Assembly (NCBI GenBank): GCA_027310565.1
Contig: DAIDAP010000014.1
Span: 3,727-67,726, forward strand
Reading direction: 5' to 3'
Source: Chloroflexota bacterium
GTDB taxonomy: Bacteria > Chloroflexota > Limnocylindria > P2-11E
DNA length: 64,000 bases
The position numbers and the translations under genes were made by a program. This document shows, in pieces, positions 1 to 7,858 of this stretch. Each line of letters starts with the position of its first letter. Position 1 is the first letter of the stretch. The notes under the pieces are model-generated. The model made no database searches. It was not told where the DNA came from and worked only from the letters and a program-made list of their open reading frames with translations.

Positions 1-249
1 GCTGTCGTCGCGGTGCCGTCCCGGAGCGGCGACCTGCGCATCTGCGCCGCCTACGTCGCCGACCCGACCCGACCCGTGTCGGCCAACCGCGTCCGTGCCG
101 AGCTCTTGAAAGAGTTGCCCTCCTACATGGTGCCGCGCGCGTGGCGCGAGCTCGGCGCGTTGCCCCGCACGGCATCGGGAAAAGTCGACCATCGTGCCCT
201 CGAACAGGAGTTCGCCGGCGGATCCCTTCCGGACCATGCAGAGCACTGA
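1..249 (+). CDS. C-terminal fragment of an AMP-binding (adenylation) enzyme, NRPS A-domain or acyl-CoA ligase like; the gene starts upstream of the window
   Basis: Frame 1 is open from base 1. The translation ends with ...LPSYMVPRAWRELGALPRTASGKVDHRAL, which is the conserved C-terminal motif block of adenylate-forming enzymes (ANL superfamily), including the catalytic Lys in SGK. A carrier-protein gene follows immediately. Confidence 0.6.
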   Translation, partial: AVVAVPSRSGDLRICAAYVADPTRPVSANRVRAELLKELPSYMVPRAWRELGALPRTASGKVDHRALEQEFAGGSLPDHAEH

Positions 250-490
250 CCGGGCTCTCGTGGGAGCCGTTCGGCGATTGATCGCCGACACGCTGATGAT
301 CGATGCCCCCGCCGATGACCTCGACATCGTCGAGGCCGGGCTCCTGGACTCGGCTGGGTTCATGGACCTTTTCCTCGCGCTCGAGAACGCCTTCTTGATT
401 CAGGTCGACGAGGCCGATCTCGTGCTCGACAACTTCCGCTGCGTGACACACATCGCGCGGTACGTGCATCGAAAGCGCTCCGGAACCTAG
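236..490 (+). CDS. acyl/peptidyl carrier protein (phosphopantetheine attachment site)
   Basis: ATG at 236. The roughly 84 aa product contains GLLDSAGFMDLFLALE, the DSL-type Ser motif of ACP/PCP four-helix carriers. It overlaps the upstream adenylation gene by 14 nt. Confidence 0.65.
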   Translation: MQSTDRALVGAVRRLIADTLMIDAPADDLDIVEAGLLDSAGFMDLFLALENAFLIQVDEADLVLDNFRCVTHIARYVHRKRSGT

Positions 491-505
491 CTTCGGCCGA
501 TCGTC

Positions 506-1609
506 GTGACCGCAACCCGAAAGACCTCTCGATCGCGCTCGATCTACGAGATCGCCGCATACCGACCCGAGGATCTCGATGAGGTTGCAGCGCTCCAAGA
601 ACTCCTGTGGCACGGCGGATCCCTCAACGAGGCTTATTTCGCTTGGAAGTACGAAGACAATCCCTACCTCGACGCGCGGTACGTCCTGCTGGCACGCGTG
701 CGACGTGAGCTGGTGGCCATGGTCGCGGCCTTCGGGGCAAGTTGGACCGTGGGGCGAACACGCTGCCTCCTACCTTGTCTGGCCGATACCGTGACTCGTC
801 CAGACCATGAGGGCGGTCCCGTCTTCGGATTGCTGCTGGAAGAACTTCGCGCCCGGCTCGCTCGCGACCGCATAGCCTGGCTCCTCGACTTCGGCGACCA
901 GCCCGCAAGTCCGGCGATGCTCATGCGCGGATGGCGTGCGGTAGGTCCGTGGGGCATCGCATCGCACCGACCGCCGGGCGCTGCGGAAGTGGGCGGAACA
1001 CTGCCCGAAGGTTTTCGCACCTCGGGCGAGCACTCGCAAACCCTGATCGAGGGCACGAGAAGTCTGACCGCAGACCTCTGGCCGTCGATCGAGCGCCTGA
1101 CAGTCGAGCAGGGGCGGTCCGATCGCGTCAGTCACGCGCGTGACGTTGAGTACCTTTCGTGGCGTGCACGCAATCCGCTGGCCACCTATCTGTACGTCAC
1201 GGCTCGCCGCGACGCAGCGCCGACGGCAGGAGGCCCCGTCGAGGGGTTCCTCGTGGTCCACCGATCGCGGATCGACCCGGACGCGCGCGGTCGTCCGACG
1301 CCGACGTCAATTGTCGACGTCGAGGCGACCAGCGACGTTGTCTTCCGCGATCTGCTCGAGGTGACGTTACGTCGGCTGCCGGCGGCGGACGTGCACGTTT
1401 GGACGCGGGACCTCGCGCAGCGACGCCAAGATCTACTGCTCGAGCTCGGGTTCAACATCGACTTACCCACGGGATCGCTGACTGCTGATCGACATCTACC
1501 GACGCTGCTCATCTGCAGTACTGGGGTGCCCCCGCCTGCGGGCTTCGATGAACTACAGCGGCCAGGACGCTGGGACGTACGCGGGGTGTGCGGTCGAAGT
1601 TGGCGATAG
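506..1609 (+). CDS. FemAB-like / GNAT-fold family protein (putative acyl- or aminoacyl-transferase), hypothetical
   Basis: 367 aa ORF directly downstream of the carrier protein. Its length and the motifs YEIAAY..WKYEDNPY resemble FemAB-related/CelD-like GNAT-fold proteins. I could not run a search, so the family assignment is by resemblance only. Confidence 0.45.
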   Translation: MTATRKTSRSRSIYEIAAYRPEDLDEVAALQELLWHGGSLNEAYFAWKYEDNPYLDARYVLLARVRRELVAMVAAFGASWTVGRTRCLLPCLADTVTRPDHEGGPVFGLLLEELRARLARDRIAWLLDFGDQPASPAMLMRGWRAVGPWGIASHRPPGAAEVGGTLPEGFRTSGEHSQTLIEGTRSLTADLWPSIERLTVEQGRSDRVSHARDVEYLSWRARNPLATYLYVTARRDAAPTAGGPVEGFLVVHRSRIDPDARGRPTPTSIVDVEATSDVVFRDLLEVTLRRLPAADVHVWTRDLAQRRQDLLLELGFNIDLPTGSLTADRHLPTLLICSTGVPPPAGFDELQRPGRWDVRGVCGRSWR

Positions 1610-1865
1610 CGCGGCGACGAGACGACACATATATAAGGAGTGCGTTGGTGGTCATCTTGTCTAAGCGCTTGTTTGACGGCCGCTTGACTACAGCTGACCC
1701 AATGGCTGCCGTGTGACCGAGGTCACGAGAGTTTACTGACTCGCGCCGGAGCCGGACGCCCGGTTCCTCACGTTCAGTAAGGAATACTCTTGGTAGTCCG
1801 AACTAGTCCGTAGGCGGCCAGGATGAGGAGGTAACGGGACCGTTGATCTCCGCTGCTTCGCATCC

Positions 1866-2641
1866 TTGCCGCTACGGTGTCGTGGACGCCGAGCCTTGAC
1901 GACGTACAAGGCGCCGTACGCGTCGTTCTACGACCGGTTCTATACGGGTTGGACGCGTGCGTTCGCCTCTCGGCTGGTGAGCTACATGGCCCCAGATCCC
2001 CCCGGCCGCGCACTCGATCTCTGCTGCGGCACGGGTGTCGCTACCGAGATCCTGGGTCGGAGTGGCTGGCGCATCCTTGGTGTCGATCACTCGCCGGCCA
2101 TGCTCGAGATCGCGCGTTGCCGTTTGGGCGACCTGGTCGATGCCGGGCACGTTTCGTTGAGCCAGGGGGACATCGAGGAGTTGCGAACCCCGGAGACGTA
2201 TACGTTGTGCGTCTGTTTAGATGGAAGTCTGAATCACCTGATTCGGTCGCGTCACTCGAGCGCGCGATCGCGGGAGTCAGTTCTTGCCTGGCCGCAGGAG
2301 GTGAATTCATCTTCGATCTGCTCGAGCCGGAGCACTTCAGGCACTGGCATCAACTGGCCGTCATCGACGAACCCGACCGGCTCGTAGTCAGGCATGGGGT
2401 TTGGGATGAGGAGGCGAAGCTCGGGCTTCTACGTATCTCCGGGTGGTTCACCCGCGACGACGCGTCGGTGCGCTTCGACCAGACGCTGCGCGGTCGGAGC
2501 TTCTTGCCGGCAGACGTCGTCGACCGATTGCGCAAGTGGAACTTCGAGCCGCGCGCCTTCGAACTTCAGGCGGGTCCGTGTTGTCCCTGGGATCCCGCCG
2601 GTACCTCGGGCCGTTCGCTGTATCGAGCCGTGAAGCGATAG
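1866..2641 (+). pseudogene. class I SAM-dependent methyltransferase, disrupted by a frameshift near 2240-2255
   Basis: ORF 1866..2387 carries the N-terminal methyltransferase motifs (LDLCCGTGVATEIL, GVDHSPAML, CLDGSLNHL). The expected continuation (SLERAIAGVSSCLAAGGEFIFDL...) is in a different frame, ORF 1877..2641, so one gene is split across two frames. Confidence 0.5.
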
Positions 2642-3138
2642 GTCCTCCGCGTTTGCGTACGACGCCTCGCGCAACTAACGGTCGCGGCGACGTGTGCGGA
2701 GTTGGGTGCCAAGGGAGATTCCGGCGCGCGAGCATCTGGTTTGAGAATGTACGTCGATAGCTCTCGGATCTGGTCCGGCCGATCGTCTCAACGGCAACCG
2801 CATACAGCATTCGGCGCCCAGACAGCGGTTCTTCCAGGGAGCCGCTGGCTGCAAACTGACTGGGCCGGCGGTGAAGCCGCGTGACCTGCATCGTACTTCG
2901 ATGCGCGCATCGCGGAGCCCGTTAGCCCTAGCTCACTGCTCGGGCCGATCGCCTCGATGATTGCCTCATTCTTGGACTCCCGCGCAAGCTCGACCAATAG
3001 ACAAGTGCGCGCCCGCGACACAGGCGTAGGCCAGCGCCGCTCCACGCGTTGAACGGAACCGGTACGACGCGTCCGGGCCGTGCTGCCGCTGCCTCAGCTC
3101 CGCACACGCTAACCCGAAGATCGCGGAGAAGTCAGGTG

Positions 3139-4389
3139 CTACGCCGCGACGCGTCGCCTCTCGGCCGGCGTTAGGAACCGCAGATACCGGCGGGTCATGT
3201 CGACGTTGGAGTGCCCGAGGGCATATTGGACCTCGAGCAAGTTCGTCCCTTGCTCGCGAAGCATGTTCGTCGCAGCCGTATGCCGGGTGCCATGAGTCGT
3301 GAACCCCTCTGGGTGCGCGCGCGACCGGTAGGTGATCCCAGCGCGGCGGCAGGTCTCGCGGAAGAATTCATGCATAAGGGCCGAGTGCTGCATGGGATTC
3401 CCGTTCACGGTCGGCCATACGAGGTTGAGCGGATTCCAGTCGTGCGTGGCGTAGGCCATCTGCACCTTGTGTTTCTCGGTCAGATGGGCCACTTCGGCGC
3501 TCGTGAGATCTAGAACACGGCGACTGGCTCGAGTCTTTAGTGCGACCAGTTCGAGTCCCTGGCCGGAGCCGCTGCAGCCACGCTGCACATTGGTGCCACG
3601 CCGGCGCTGAAGTTGTTGACGGATGTAGACGCGCCCGCCCGCGAGGTCGACGTTGTCCCAGGTCAGACCCAGCATTTCGCCCGCACGCGGACCACGTCGC
3701 AGCCCAAATTCCCAGAAGTACTCCATGTCAACGGCGATCCCAAGTCCGGCAGCGCGCTGCGCACGCTTGTGCGCATCCAGGTCGCGCGCTGCCTGAAGGA
3801 AGGCCGCTTCTTCCGTCTTGGTGAGGATCCGGGCGTCGAAGTCGTCTTCCCATCCGATCACCTCGACTTCAGCGAAGACGTTCTCCTTCAGCCGGACTCG
3901 CTTGTCCTTCATCGCCACGTTGAACATCGCTCGAGCGTTATCCCGGATGAGCTTGCGGGTTCCAGCTGCGTACGGCGCATCGATGCTCTCTTGAACCTCG
4001 GTCAAAAGCGTTTCGTTGATGAGCTCGTTGGCCTGGTCGAGCGTGAGCTCGCGCAGGCGAACATGGCCGAGATGCCGGATCACGGGTGCCAGCTTGTCCG
4101 CGCGGACCTGCTGGGTGTTCGCGCGCCCGACCTTCTTCGGGCGCCAGGCGGCCCCGTATTCGGCGATCGTAGGATTCCAGCGGCCATGAGCGATTTCACC
4201 CCCGGCCTCGCGTAGCTCAGCTGCTCTTGCTTCGACCGCGGCCTGCGCGTGGTCTTCGGTCGCGAAGTAGCCGACGTGAATGCGGGGGCCGCTGCCCCAG
4301 CGCAGTTGCGCCCGATAACGATCGCCGACCTGGTTGATCGATCCCGTGTGATTGCGCGCCCGTCCGGCCTTGCGTCGTCGAGTCATCAT
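3139..4389 (-). CDS. tyrosine-type site-specific recombinase / phage integrase
   Basis: 416 aa. The C-terminal catalytic region reads HGTRHTAATNMLREQG...LGHSNVDMTRRY (the R..H..R..Y tyrosine-recombinase signature). Its start overlaps the stop of the upstream HTH gene (ATGA). Confidence 0.85.
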   Translation of the reverse strand: MMTRRRKAGRARNHTGSINQVGDRYRAQLRWGSGPRIHVGYFATEDHAQAAVEARAAELREAGGEIAHGRWNPTIAEYGAAWRPKKVGRANTQQVRADKLAPVIRHLGHVRLRELTLDQANELINETLLTEVQESIDAPYAAGTRKLIRDNARAMFNVAMKDKRVRLKENVFAEVEVIGWEDDFDARILTKTEEAAFLQAARDLDAHKRAQRAAGLGIAVDMEYFWEFGLRRGPRAGEMLGLTWDNVDLAGGRVYIRQQLQRRRGTNVQRGCSGSGQGLELVALKTRASRRVLDLTSAEVAHLTEKHKVQMAYATHDWNPLNLVWPTVNGNPMQHSALMHEFFRETCRRAGITYRSRAHPEGFTTHGTRHTAATNMLREQGTNLLEVQYALGHSNVDMTRRYLRFLTPAERRRVAA

Positions 4390-4730
4390 CGCTTCACCGT
4401 CCTCACCACTCGTTCTCTTCGAAGTCGCTCGCGGAGTTGTTCGATCTCACCGGGGTCAAACCGCCGGCAGCTATCGATGAACACGGGCTTGAGCAACCCG
4501 GCGGCGACCATCTCGTCGAGCTTGGTCTCGCCGATCTGCAGCGCCCGCATCACGTCGTCTTCGGTCGCGAGAAGCTGACCCATGGGGAGCCAGGACGCCG
4601 TCTGTGTCGCCGACACCGTGGTCGCCTGACGCCCGCCGCGATGTGAGGCCTTGCTGGCTTCGAGCTCCCGCACGACCTCGTATGCGATTGCCCGCAGCTG
4701 CCGCCGCTGCTCGCTGGTGAACTGGTCCAT
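4386..4730 (-). CDS. excisionase-like / helix-turn-helix DNA-binding protein
   Basis: 114 aa starting at MDQFTSEQRR. The C-terminal half (MGQLLATEDDVMRALQIGETKLDEMVAAGLLKPVFI) resembles excisionase/MerR-type HTH domains. It is translationally coupled to the integrase. The longer track ORF 4386..5285 runs through a tRNA gene, so I reject the extension. Confidence 0.55.
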   Translation of the reverse strand: MDQFTSEQRRQLRAIAYEVVRELEASKASHRGGRQATTVSATQTASWLPMGQLLATEDDVMRALQIGETKLDEMVAAGLLKPVFIDSCRRFDPGEIEQLRERLRRERVVRTVKR

Positions 4731-4872
4731 GGGAGCGTGGTGGGCTGTAAATGACGCTCCGAGTGGGGGAGAATCGAAGATTGAAACCGTGGTGCCATTC
4801 CTGGTGCCAATCTCCCGGGTCGCAGCGGGTCCGGGCGGGTCGGCGCGTGTAACCAGGTGCCAGGATTTCCTC

Positions 4873-4959
4873 GGAGGGGTGGCAGAGCGGTCGAATGCGG
4901 CGGTCTTGAAAACCGCTGAGGCCTCCGGGCCTCCGTGGGTTCGAATCCCACCCCCTCCG
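4873..4959 (+). tRNA. tRNA-Ser (anticodon TGA)
   Basis: GGAGGGG acceptor pairs with CCCCTCC. Anticodon stem GCGGT/ACCGC encloses loop CTTGAAA, giving anticodon TGA. There is a long variable arm (GAGGCC-TCCG-GGCCTC) and T-arm GTGGG-TTCGAAT-CCCAC. No encoded CCA. Confidence 0.85.
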
Positions 4960-5018
4960 CATTTTGTTGGGGTTTTCGCGCGTTCCGCGGTCGCGTGAAT
5001 CGAGCAGCGCAGTCTCGT

Positions 5019-5060
5019 ACAGCCAACGTACAGCCAACGGGTCGTGACAAGGCGGGACTT
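5019..5060 (+). repeat. copy A of a roughly 45-nt motif containing tandem GTACAGCCAACG units, downstream of tRNA-Ser
   Basis: gtacagccaacgtacagccaacgggtcgtgacaaggcgggac. Two further copies are at 11631-11690 and 11870-11915. Confidence 0.5.
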
Positions 5061-5077
5061 CTCGTGACGAGTCGGGG

Positions 5078-5455
5078 TCAGGGCTCGAGTGCATCGAGCA
5101 TGCGGTTGAGCTCGGCCTGCATCTCCGCGATCGTCCGCCGAAGCAGTCTGACCTTCTCCCAGGACGGCCCATTCGTGGACGCGCGATGGGGGCGAGCAGT
5201 GCCTGACGCCGTCGGAACGAGCCAGGGCGTCAGGCAAACCGAGCAGAGAAGGCGTTCCTTCGTCTGACCTTGTTCCGCGGCCCACTCCTCGAAGACTTTC
5301 TTCTCGGCCGCGAGCTCGTCAGGGTCTCCGCGGGCCTCGGCGCGCGCGAGCGCGAGTTCATGGCGCGCCTGATCCTCAGCCGTGATCGTACAGACCACGT
5401 AAGTTGTCGAGATCATCTGCAGCCCGCTGCCACGGCAACGCGGGTAGCTTGGCAC
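5078..5455 (-). CDS. hypothetical protein
   Basis: 125 aa ORF with plausible composition and no family I recognise. It sits between the tRNA and the HNH gene. Confidence 0.3.
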   Translation of the reverse strand: MPSYPRCRGSGLQMISTTYVVCTITAEDQARHELALARAEARGDPDELAAEKKVFEEWAAEQGQTKERLLCSVCLTPWLVPTASGTARPHRASTNGPSWEKVRLLRRTIAEMQAELNRMLDALEP

Positions 5456-5470
5456 TTCTGGCCTAAATGG

Positions 5471-6313
5471 CTACGCGTCGGGCTCGCGCAAGAAGGCCTC
5501 CACGTCCGCGCGCAGTTGCTTCGCGCGAAGGCGAAGCTCTTCGACTCGGAGTAGCCGTTCGGCGTCGAGTCGGCTCTCGGGCGTGGTCACGACGTGCTGG
5601 AATTTCTCCGCGTACTCACGAAGCCGGGCGATGCGCGCGGCAACGTCCTGAGCACCGGCTGCGTCCGGACTCTTCGCTGCGCGCTGAGTCAGCCATTCCT
5701 CGTAGGGCTTGCTGTGCTTGGAATCGTTGCAGGGTTGGCAGGCGGGGACCATATTGCCGAGGACCGTCTCGCCGCCCCGTGCGACCGGCACGAGGTGTTC
5801 CCACAACGTGACCTTCTCGCTACCACAGAAGACGCACGTCAGGGGTTCGCCGAAGAAAGCCAAAGCGCGATCGACTTCGGGCATCCTGAAGGCGCGACGT
5901 CCGAGGCCCTCTTGGATCGCACGCTCGAGATAGCCGAACGCAAACGAAGGGGTCATTCGGCCTGGAACCTTTGGACCGTGTGTCTTGATCGTGCTCTTGC
6001 TCGTAGCGCGACGGAGAGGTTCCCCATTGAATGCTCCAATCCTGCCGTCTGTTCCACGCACGGTTCCAGGTCGGCGATCGTCCCCTCCGAGCCATTCGAA
6101 ACGACATCCGTTGGTCCAGGTCTTCAGGGCGGCGCGGTCGCCCGCCAGCCGTCGTGCACGGAACGTCGGAGCTGGATTGGCGCCCTGCCTTTCGAGTTCG
6201 GCATCCGCGTGTTCCGCCTCTTGAGCCGTTCGAGCGAGATCCCAAGCTGGCCGGCCGGCGGCCACGCAGCGCGAAACGACGAAGCCTCGCAGCGATTGAC
6301 TCGCCATCGTCAC
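5471..6313 (-). CDS. HNH endonuclease domain protein
   Basis: The C-terminal half contains CVFCGSEKVTLWEHLVPVARGGETVLGNMVPACQPCNDSKH, which is the HNH ββα-metal motif (C..C....H....N....C..C..N..H). Confidence 0.65.
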   Translation of the reverse strand: MTMASQSLRGFVVSRCVAAGRPAWDLARTAQEAEHADAELERQGANPAPTFRARRLAGDRAALKTWTNGCRFEWLGGDDRRPGTVRGTDGRIGAFNGEPLRRATSKSTIKTHGPKVPGRMTPSFAFGYLERAIQEGLGRRAFRMPEVDRALAFFGEPLTCVFCGSEKVTLWEHLVPVARGGETVLGNMVPACQPCNDSKHSKPYEEWLTQRAAKSPDAAGAQDVAARIARLREYAEKFQHVVTTPESRLDAERLLRVEELRLRAKQLRADVEAFLREPDA

Positions 6314-6504
6314 CCCAGCCTCCTTGTCGTGCCCAGCTCCGTAATGCAGGTTGACGTGAACCCGCTCGCTTGCGGGGGGGGGTCCGTTTCTAGACTTCTG
6401 GTGTCTTGTTGGTCTTCATCTCCCACAACCACGCTCAGAAGATTCTGGCGCGAAGCCTGGCAATGTCGCTTGCATCGCTGGGAGAGGGTGTCTGGATCGA
6501 GTCG

Positions 6505-6738
6505 CTATGGGCCAGCGCGCACACGGGTCTGCCATCGCCGCAAAGCGACACCCGACCAAATCAGCTCGACCACACCGAACGGCCAAGCGCCTTGGAGAAA
6601 TCCGTAAGCTGCCGCGGCGACGCACGCCGCCGCGAAGCCGATGACGAAGGCAGGAGAGCGTGACTCGAACGCGTACGTCACGAGCATCGACGTCACCGCG
6701 ACGATCCCGTAGCCCGTCAGTAGATCCATCGAGGCCAA
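6505..6738 (-). CDS. small hydrophobic (two-TM) hypothetical protein
   Basis: 77 aa with two clear hydrophobic stretches. The annotation is from composition only. Confidence 0.3.
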   Translation of the reverse strand: MASMDLLTGYGIVAVTSMLVTYAFESRSPAFVIGFAAACVAAAAYGFLQGAWPFGVVELIWSGVALRRWQTRVRAGP

Positions 6739-6778
6739 TCCATTTGGGCCGAACGAAGGAGGTTCGGCCGTAGCTCAC

Positions 6779-7072
6779 CTACCTGAGATCGTCCTGATCC
6801 CTTCTAGCGTCCGGCCACGAGAAGCGCACAACGCACGCTTCGCCGTGATCGACGTCGAGGCAGAAGCCGTAGTAGCGGGCCAGACGCCTTGCGAGCGCGA
6901 AGAATGGCAGCACCTGGTCCGGATGGACGTGGCACTGGGAGGTGATCGATCGAGCCATGAACGGCGGCATCTTTGCGAGGGTCCCAGCGGCGTGCTCGAG
7001 CTGATCCGCAGCGTCATCGTCCAGGCCGTCCTCATCGACGAGCGCCTGGAACCCTACGTCGAGCTCGTCCAT
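6779..7072 (-). CDS. hypothetical acidic protein
   Basis: 97 aa ORF rich in D/E, between the small membrane ORF and the response regulator. No recognised family. Confidence 0.25.
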   Translation of the reverse strand: MDELDVGFQALVDEDGLDDDAADQLEHAAGTLAKMPPFMARSITSQCHVHPDQVLPFFALARRLARYYGFCLDVDHGEACVVRFSWPDARRDQDDLR

Positions 7073-7138
7073 GCATCCGGTCTAGGCGATGAATCTCAAC
7101 TGCCCCTCAACACGAACGCGTGACTCCTCAATGCGTCC

Positions 7139-7858
7139 TTACAGAACGGCCGTGCTCCCAGCATCACGAGCCAGCAGCCGATAGCCGACGCCGGACTCGG
7201 TCTGGAGATAGCGGCCGTGGCGTGCGTCCGGCTCGAGCTTGCGCCGCAGGCGCGCGACGTAGACGTGGAGGTAGTGCGCTTCGGACCCCGCCTCCGGTCC
7301 CCAGACCGCCTCGAGCAGCATGCGCGCGGTCAGCACCCGGTTCGGATTGCGGATGAAGACCCGCAGCAGCTCGAACTCTGTCCGCGTCAGTCGCACCTCG
7401 CGCCCACCGACGGTGACGATCCGGCTCTCGAGGTCCACCGCGAGCTCGCCCGTACGGAAGATGGGAGCGGCGCCCGTCGCGGGTCGGGCCGCGTGCCGCA
7501 GCACGACCCGGACGCGCGCGAGAAGCTCTTCGACGCTGAACGGCTTGGTCAGGTAATCGTCCGCCCCGAGGTCGAGCGCCTTGACCTTGTCTTGGTCAGC
7601 CCCGCGCGCCGACAGCACGATGACCGGCGTCTGCGACTCCTGGCGCAGCGCGCGGACCACCGTGAACCCGTCGGCGTCCGGGAGGCCGAGGTCCAGGATC
7701 ACGACGTCCGGGTGATTCGAGCGGTAGGAGCTGAGCGCTGCTGCCGAGCTTTGCGCCGCGTCGACCTGGAAATCGTGGCCTCGGAGGTTGCGCTCGAGCG
7801 AGCGCAGGATGGCGGGATCGTCGTCGATCACGAGGATGCGCGCGCCGCGCTCGCTCAT
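7139..7858 (-). CDS. OmpR/KdpE-family two-component response regulator
   Basis: Receiver domain (ILVIDDDPAILRSL...DLGLPDADG...KPF) plus a winged-helix output domain (LTRTEFELLRVFIRNPNRVLTARMLLEAVWG...YVARLRRKLE). The start overlaps the kinase stop (ATGA). Confidence 0.85.
   Translation of the reverse strand: MSERGARILVIDDDPAILRSLERNLRGHDFQVDAAQSSAAALSSYRSNHPDVVILDLGLPDADGFTVVRALRQESQTPVIVLSARGADQDKVKALDLGADDYLTKPFSVEELLARVRVVLRHAARPATGAAPIFRTGELAVDLESRIVTVGGREVRLTRTEFELLRVFIRNPNRVLTARMLLEAVWGPEAGSEAHYLHVYVARLRRKLEPDARHGRYLQTESGVGYRLLARDAGSTAVL

Noticed and set aside
2448-3045. 147-aa and 85-aa minus-strand ORFs in the gap between the methyltransferase pseudogene and the integrase
   Set aside because: Low-complexity, no motifs and no RBS. 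The region may instead be degraded or non-coding. A small protein cannot be excluded.
4386-5285. 299-aa ORF that would fuse the excisionase-like gene to sequence covering tRNA-Ser
   Set aside because: The N-terminal 185 aa are translated across the tRNA gene (GGGGIRTHG is the T-arm read as protein). Only the last 114 codons look genuine.
5594-6607. 337-aa plus-strand ORF overlapping the HNH endonuclease gene
   Set aside because: It has no recognisable motifs and is antisense to a gene with a clear HNH signature, so it is probably spurious.
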